Positions 56,758-64,000 of a stretch of 64,000 nucleotides of DNA are shown piece after piece. The stretch is taken from contig OZ024745.1 of assembly GCA_964016885.1 (NCBI GenBank), positions 111,848,001-111,912,000 on the forward strand, in the 5' to 3' direction. Every line of letters begins with the position of its first letter. Positions within the stretch are counted from its first letter, which is position 1. The notes beneath the pieces are model-generated. The model made no database searches. It was given only the letters and a program-made list of their open reading frames with translations, and had not been told where the DNA came from. This stretch comes from Eledone cirrhosa. Lineage: Eukaryota. The position numbers and the translations under genes were made by a program.

Positions 56758-57572
56758 GTTTAACGTTCATCTTCCACGCTTGCATGGGTTTGGACGGGAA
56801 TTTTCCCAGTTGAGGCAAGATTGGTTGCCTTGCTCATATAGGACTGTCTGGCGGGTTTTCTACGGCTGGATGCCCTTCCTAACACCAGCCACGTTTACAG
56901 TGTGGACTGGGAGGTTTTTACCGTGTTACCTACACGGCCACATTACAGCGTGGACTGTGTGTTTTTTTGTCGTGACACCTACACGACCTCATTTATTTAG
57001 GACTGGATGTTGTGGTATCAACATAACTTTACATTGAAAGGGGTGGTGTGGATGGGGTGGGGGTAGTGGGGCGGGGGTGTATTTTGGTAAGAGGTGCCTA
57101 CTGACTGTAGGTTTTGCTTTGCACTTAAGCAAGGCGGGTCTTCTGTATTACTGCATAGCGCCAAATATCTCGTTCCAGTGACATTGTCTTGGAGAGGTGT
57201 AAGTGTGTGAGGTCGGAATTTATCAAGTCGTCCCAGGTTTTTCTGGGTCTGCCTACTCCGTGGCTACTGTCTATTTTGATCGCCCTGCACTTTTTTATAC
57301 AGCTATCGTCTTTCATGCGCATCATGTGACCATACCAACGTAGTCTTCTCTCGAGTAAACAGCATCTGATCCCTCTTATTCCTAATTTCACACTTAGTTC
57401 ATTTATGCTTTGTTGTTCATGTATATTACTATTACACATCCAGCGGAGCATGCAAGCTTCGTTCCTCTCCAGTCTGCGTAGATCCTCTGCACACAATGCC
57501 CAAGTCTCACTGCCATGTAACATCGCTGTTCGTATGCAGGCATCATACAGCCTGCCTTTCATTTTTAGAGGT
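56726..57572 (-). mobile_element. young 5'-truncated RTE LINE (ORF C-terminus plus 3' UTR)
   Basis: Open frame PLKMKGRLYDACIRTAMLHGSETW...RRLRWYGH...GRPRKTW; UTR and (gat)n tail. Confidence 0.92.
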
Positions 57573-57695
57573 GTGTGTATATACATATACACACACAGAT
57601 ATGTATATGTGTGTGTGTATATGTATATACATATGTATATATGTGTGTGTATTGTATATACATATGTATATATGTGTGTGTATATACATATGTAT

Positions 57696-58008
57696 ATCAT
57701 CATCATCATCATCATCATTTTTACGTCCGCTTTTCCCTGCTTGATTTCTACAGCTGGATGCCCTTCCTAACACCAACCTCATTTACAGTGAGTGCTGGGC
57801 GCTTTTTTGCCTTGGCGTCTACACGTCCACTTTGCAGTGTAATGATAGGGACATCAGTCCCTATCATCTCATTTCTACAGCTGAGTAAACTGGAGCAATG
57901 TGAAATAAAGTGTCTTGCTCAAGGAAACAACACATCACCCGGTCTGAGAATTGAACTCACAACCTTTTGATTGCAAGGCCAATGCTCTAACCACTAAGCC
58001 ATGTGCCT
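57696..58008 (-). mobile_element. SINE family B (small internal deletion)
   Basis: Reverse complement of 11931-12267. Confidence 0.9.
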
Positions 58009-58297
58009 CCATATGTGTGTGTATATACATATGTATATATGTGTATATGTATATACATATGTATGCGTGTGCGTGCGTGTGTATGTGTATATGTGTGTGT
58101 GTATATATCTAACTATCTATCTAAGGCGGGTAAAATTCCCGAGATCCATGGACGATTTCTCTCCAGCGGTCTCTGTTCCTCATTATCGCTGCCATGTCCT
58201 GCATCTCCAACAGACCAGTGTCTGTCCTTAGGGCATCAACATACGTTAATCTTGGTGTATATATATATATATGTATATTATATGTATATATATATAA

Positions 58298-58490
58298 AGG
58301 CGGTGGATTGGCAGTATCGGTAGAGGGTCGGACGCCATGCTTTGACGCATAGAGTTACTGCCCTTGCCATTCTGAGTTCAAATCCCGCCGAGGTCAACTC
58401 TGCCTTTCATCTTTACTGGGTCGATAAAATAAAGTACCAGTAATACACTGGAATAATTGCTGGCCTTGTGCTTAAAGTAGAAACAATTAT
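58298..58490 (+). mobile_element. SINE family A
   Basis: Full copy. Confidence 0.9.
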
Positions 58491-58849
58491 ATGTATATAT
58501 ATGTATGTCTCATGTGTGTATATATATACACACACACACTCTTATCAAGCAACAATGATTTTACCATAACTGCCATGATCCTTTCTAACCATTCCAGCAT
58601 TACAAAGCATTTGAAGAATATGCTACTAATATTACCCTTATTATTCTGAAGATGTGGAAGTCAATGTCTTGAAATGTCATGATTCTTATGAATTTAGGAA
58701 ATCCATTGTTCCAAACCAAACACAAAGAACTAATAAGGAAATATTAAAAAGATCAAACTAATATGTTTGAAAGAAAAGCTGTTCTCTTCTATATACATGC
58801 ATGCATACTTACACACACACGCACATATACACATATATACACATACACT

Positions 58850-58913
<64 letters not shown>

Positions 58914-58921
58914 TACACTTG

Positions 58922-58971
<50 letters not shown>

Positions 58972-59013
58972 TCTCTCTATATATATGTTGGTGTGCACAT
59001 ATATTCATATACA

Positions 59014-59059
<46 letters not shown>

Positions 59060-59101
59060 TCTCTCTATATATATGTTGGTGTGCACATATATTCATATAC
59101 A

Positions 59102-59161
<60 letters not shown>

Positions 59162-59277
59162 TCTCTCTCTCTATATATATGTTGGTGTGCACATATATTC
59201 ATATACATATATGTGTATATATATATATATATATGTCTCTATATATTTATGTTGGTGTGCACATATATTCATATACA

Positions 59278-59359
<82 letters not shown>

Positions 59360-59395
59360 TCCATTCATATAGCACATGTTGGTGTATAGGTGCTC
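58850..59395. repeat. composite minisatellite: ~55-bp core separated by variable (TA)n
   Basis: ggctctctctatatatatgttggtgtgcacatatattcatatacatatatgtg, 4 copies. Confidence 0.9.
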
Positions 59396-60975
59396 AACAC
59401 ACACATATCTGTGTGTGTGTTTATCCAGAGTTCAGCATAGTTTTAAGGCAGTTTTGTCTGGGGATAACATGCTCCAATGCTTTATTATTGATGTTTTTCC
59501 TGATTGTGTTTCTCTTCAGTGAGTCTGTGAAGTGAAGCAGTCACTTCTCTCACTTGCATGTATTATAGGAATGATGTGAGACCTGCAGTTGGCAATTCAT
59601 TGTTAGGTGCTAAGTATTATTCTCCTGGGTAGCATCTAAGCTGGTGTATGTGGCATTCTCTATCCTCTTTTTAAAAGACAACACAATAAATCTCACTATT
59701 TACATTACTAAGGTTTGTTTAAGTTTTTATCTTTATTTCTATAGTCTCTTTTGAATTTTAATGTTTTTGTCTGTGTTAAATTGTAAAATTCTTGTCTTGA
59801 ATACTTCCAAGCTCGCTATGTATAATTATTTCTTTGTTGGCATGAAAAGTTAAACATAAATAAATTATAATGTTTAAAGCAGAGAAATTTTTTTTATGTA
59901 TTAAATATGCAGAGTCATGGTGGTGTAAAAGTTAGTTATGCACAACTTCACAGGTTTAGTATTCCTTTTGAATTTCGATTCATGGCTACAAATTTAGCGG
60001 GAAGGAACACATGAATTTTATAACCCTAGTAATACAATGGTACATATTTAATCCACCCTGCAAGATTGCAAATAAAAGTTAGTTAGCCTTGGTGGGATTC
60101 AAACTCAGAATATAAATCAATGCAACTAGATATATCAATGCATTTTGTTTGACTCTGTATTGATTATGCCAATCCAATGCCCTTCTCTAGTTCAGTGTTA
60201 ATTAAAGATAACATTTGTAATTATGTTGATGGCATATAAAAGTCTCTGGGAAATTTTCACCATAGCTTAGGTGCTTTAATATTAATTCTTTTGATACAAG
60301 CTCCCCTGATACTAGCTCTCTAGTTTCATAATACAAAACCTCAGATTTTAAAGTATTCAAAACCTTCCATGGCAATTCTAAGTATGAATTTATTGTTATG
60401 TTAAGTTCCCAAAACTAGTTGAGTAATGAAAATGTCACTTATTTTCCTCTTAAATCTTTCTGAATTCTCAATTAAGTTTAAACTTAATTGAAATACATAA
60501 TTATAATATTTTGATTAGAAATGTGGCCATGAAAGGATTAATTAGTTATCAACACTTAGTCTAGAGTGAGACTAATGCCATCATGAAAATGCAAATATGA
60601 TGGTATGACCTTCTTGTTTTCATTAAATATTAGTTACCTTTCCCATTGATCTGGCTGTCATCATCATCACCACCACCAGATATAGATTGCTGTACCATCA
60701 GATGTTCACTGAGTGACACACTGGATTAAATCAACCAGAATCCTGCAATAAATTATCTCTTGCACACTATCAGCCAACCATACTGGAGCTACCATCCCTA
60801 ACCATCCTGCAATAAATAATCCCTTCCACACTATATCATCAAACCATCCTTGTCTGAGGATTGCTTCTAGGCATGAAACTGTGAGCATGAAGTGGCCTGA
60901 AATAATATATACAAGCCGACTTAGGAGCCTCTATGTCAGGTTCTGAGCTGGCCTGAGTTAATATATACAAGCTAG

Positions 60976-61315
60976 GAGGCACATGGCTTAGTGGTTAGAG
61001 CATTGGCCTTGCAATCGAAAGGTTGTGAGTTCAATTCTCAGATCGGGTGATGTGTTGTTTCCTTGAGCAAGACACTTTATTTCACATTGCTCCAGTTTAC
61101 TCAGCTGTAGAAATGAGATGATAGGGACTGGGGTCCCTATCATTCCACTGCAAAGTGGTCGTGGAGGTGTCACGGCAAAAAAGCACCCAGCACTCACTGT
61201 AAATGAGGTTGGTGTTAGGAAGGGCATCCAGCTGTAGAAATCAAGCCAAAATCAGTTCCCGTCCCACCCTTGCAAGCAGGGAAAAAGCGGACGTAAAATG
61301 AAATGATGATGAATG
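60976..61315 (+). mobile_element. full-length SINE family B
   Basis: Near-identical to other copies; TSD aagctag. Confidence 0.9.
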
Positions 61316-61342
61316 ATAAAGCTAGCTCAAAACCCTCAATGT

Positions 61343-61617
61343 CAGGGTCTCAAACTCAAGGACTCAAAAGAACCATTAATGTCCTGGGAGAAATGCACAA
61401 TGAGTCAAAAGTATGAAGAAGGGGGACAAGCGTGATTTCTAGCGTGATTTCTAGCAATGTGCAATAGGTTGCTATTTTTTTCCATTAAAATGAATGTGCA
61501 TATGATAGTAAGTGAGATATGTGATTTAGTACAAGTAGGGGGACACATTTTCTGTTTCAAATGTTCTGCCACAGGCCTTAGAAAAATAGTTTGCAGGCTG
61601 CATATTTGAGATCCTTG
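61343..61617. mobile_element. probable hAT-type MITE
   Basis: Termini cagggtctcaaac / atttgagatccttg; no clear TSD. Confidence 0.4.
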
Positions 61618-61934
61618 TTCTAAATTCTTACCCAAACCATGTGAAATAGCAGTCAAATTACACTCAGATCTTACTAAAAAAAAAAGCAAATGAAAGCACA
61701 CCAGATAAAGCAATCTTAGATACATTATATCTGAAAAAAAAAAAAGATTATGATATTTTTGGAGTCTGAGGGAGAGAGATTGAGAAGGGATGGAGTAGAG
61801 GGCAATGGTTAATTTGAAACAAGTTGTTAATAGGTCTGTTTTATAAATAGGTTGGATAAATAAATCACTTGTAGAAAAATCCATTGTTGCCATAAAACCT
61901 AGTTTGATATCTTGCAGCCATGTGTAGTAACAAA

Positions 61935-62586
61935 GTTGTTGTTCTTTTTGGTGGAGGTGGTTGTGGGGATGTTGTTGTTGTTGTTTTTGGAGGTGGTGGC
62001 AGTGGTGGTTGTGGTGTTGTTGGTTTTGGTAGAGGTGGCGGTGCTGATCTTGATGTTGTTGTTGTTATTGGTAGTGGTGGTGGTGGTGGTTATTGTTGTT
62101 TGTGGTGGTGGCAGCTGTGGTGGTTGTGGTGTTGTTGTTCTTGGAGATGGTGGCAGTGATGGTTGCGGTGTTGTTGCTTTTCGTGGTGATGGCAGTGGAG
62201 GTGATCTTGGTGTTGTTGTTGTTGTTGTTTTTAGTGGTGGCAGCGTTTGTGGTGATCTTGATGTTGTTGTTATTCTGGTTATGCCATCCCTACCAATTAC
62301 TAATGCTTCCTCTGTTATTACCTTCACCTCTGCCTACATGCTGATTCTCCTCATTGAGTATTATCCTGAACACCACCACGACCACAACTACAACTACCAA
62401 CACCATCAACACCACCACCACCATCAACACCACCACCACCATCACTGTGATTACACCATTATTACCATTGTTATCAAACCACTATCCTATTGGCATCAAT
62501 ACTATCATCACTATCATTGTTATCAACATGATCACCAGCACCAGCACCAGCACCAGCACCAGCACCATATTATTATTATTATTATT
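61935..62586. repeat. low-complexity (GTK)n followed by (CAC/CAT)n
   Basis: Degenerate trinucleotide tracts of opposite strand composition. Confidence 0.85.
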
Positions 62587-63049
62587 CAATGCCAAAGGGT
62601 AATATGTGTCTGCATTGAATCTTGCGTGTTAGCTGTTAACGTTTGGAAAAGTGGTTTAGAGAATAATTATAGAGGAAATGTTGGCACAGACTCCAGACAG
62701 ACAGACAAGACAACAAGTGGTAGCTGATAGTTCCAGCCTCTGCTATACAATGAAAACTTTTACTTTCTTTACAATAGGATCGAAACCTCTGGTGATATGC
62801 TGTATTGTAGAAGACCCACCTTCCCATGTACACAGGATGAAGCAAATATCTAAAATCTAGAAGACGCTAGTCTGCACTAATCTCCGCTCCTCTTTGGCCC
62901 ACACATCTTCCCACACCTTAGTACTCAGCCATCCCCAACCTGAATACTCTTTTTACCCCCCACATGATACACCTCTTGTCCAACCCATGCATGGAAAGCT
63001 GGACATGCTCCAAACCTGCTCTTCCACAATCCTCCCACTACAACAAAAA

Positions 63050-63900
63050 CAACTGATATACCAATTGACAATGGTGTAGTTGATAAGCTGCAAGTGTAGA
63101 ACTCTCTGAGCCATTCCTGGCATTTTGGCTTGTAGTCTATCAATAATTCTGGGGAGATGTTGTTGAGTCCCTAGGTCTTATTGCTCTTGAGTTGACCTTC
63201 AATAGCTCATCTTATGAAAAGGGAGTAGACAGAAATCCATCTGTAATTGTAGCTTGCTGCAAGTTGGTAGTTCTTGTCTCTATTCTTGAAATGGTCCCTT
63301 TGAAAAGTGTTGTTTGACAATAGAGTTAGCCGATATAGTACATGTTTATTTAGAACTGCTTCCAACAGACATCTCGGCTTCCCCAACTGAATGTCAACCT
63401 CAATATGGGTCCTACTTGCAGACACTACCTCTCTCGGAACGAATGGGTGTGTAGCGAATCTAAGTAGAGTGGTTTGAACTTTTGTTCCCAAGTTAGCTAA
63501 ATAGGTAATTATGATCACACACATGCTGGCCTTTTGGCTTCATAGGTATTTACTTTCTTTGTTTTAGGACTCATGTCACCAAATTGTCTAGAGGAATGGC
63601 TTTCTAGAGGCCGTATGCAGCTAAATAGATCCTTGTGATTACACACACGCTGGCTTTTTGGTCTCAGGTATTTACTTCCTTTGTTTTAGGACTCATGTCA
63701 CCAAATTGTCTACAGGAATGACTTTCTAGAGGCTATCTGCAGATTGTCATAGGATAACAGCATCCTCATAAAATAGTCTGCCCTCGACTACTGTTCAAAT
63801 TAGTTCGCTTCAGTTCATTGAAGACATCAATGATGTAGTTGTCAATAGATTTACTCTGACCCATTCGGGGGTCTCAGCCTTTTAGACTGGCAAGCTATGA
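63050..63900 (-). mobile_element. decayed LINE ORF2 fragment with internal ~125-bp tandem duplication
   Basis: QLKSNKT*GLNNISPELLIDYKPKCQEWLREFY resembles the K(A/S)PGxDxI motif upstream of RT; 63514-63612 is duplicated at 63636-63733. Confidence 0.55.
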
Positions 63901-64000
63901 CAGTCATTCTATCAACAAGGTTAATAATATAAAAAATTTAGACTAGTACTAGAAACATTCACGCCAAACCATCACACGAACACTCATACAATTTTCCTGT

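Noticed and set aside
58630-58690. CTGAAGA...GAAA hammerhead-like motif
   Set aside because: Stem I and stem II do not pair convincingly.
61899-62727. Mucin-like or His-rich protein ORFs
   Set aside because: Low-complexity trinucleotide tracts are open on both strands; no splice or domain support.

Overview
AT-rich, repeat-saturated animal genomic DNA. The SINE/RTE/MITE repertoire and long (TA)n/(CA)n tracts suggest a coleoid cephalopod such as an octopus (inference). No intact host gene is recognisable, and most ORFs in the track are microsatellite translation artefacts. The window holds two abundant tRNA-derived SINE families, RTE/CR1/Tx1-like LINE fragments, a TIR-to-TIR Chapaev3 element, and decayed piggyBac, hAT, Tc1, pogo/Tigger and Helitron elements, plus several minisatellites. 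The main signal is a recurring class of short (about 100-430 bp) sequence islands embedded in (TA)n tracts. Several are fold-back palindromes with a one-sided tail, and they carry minimal type-I hammerhead ribozymes (CUGANGA...GAAA...UH), including a U3-A8 core variant. They look like Penelope-like-element LTR or retrozyme-type insertions associated with (TA)n. Other points are a perfect pre-miRNA-sized hairpin and a weak candidate spliced ORF for a small secreted peptide. Coordinates were read by eye; the ends of decayed repeats are approximate.
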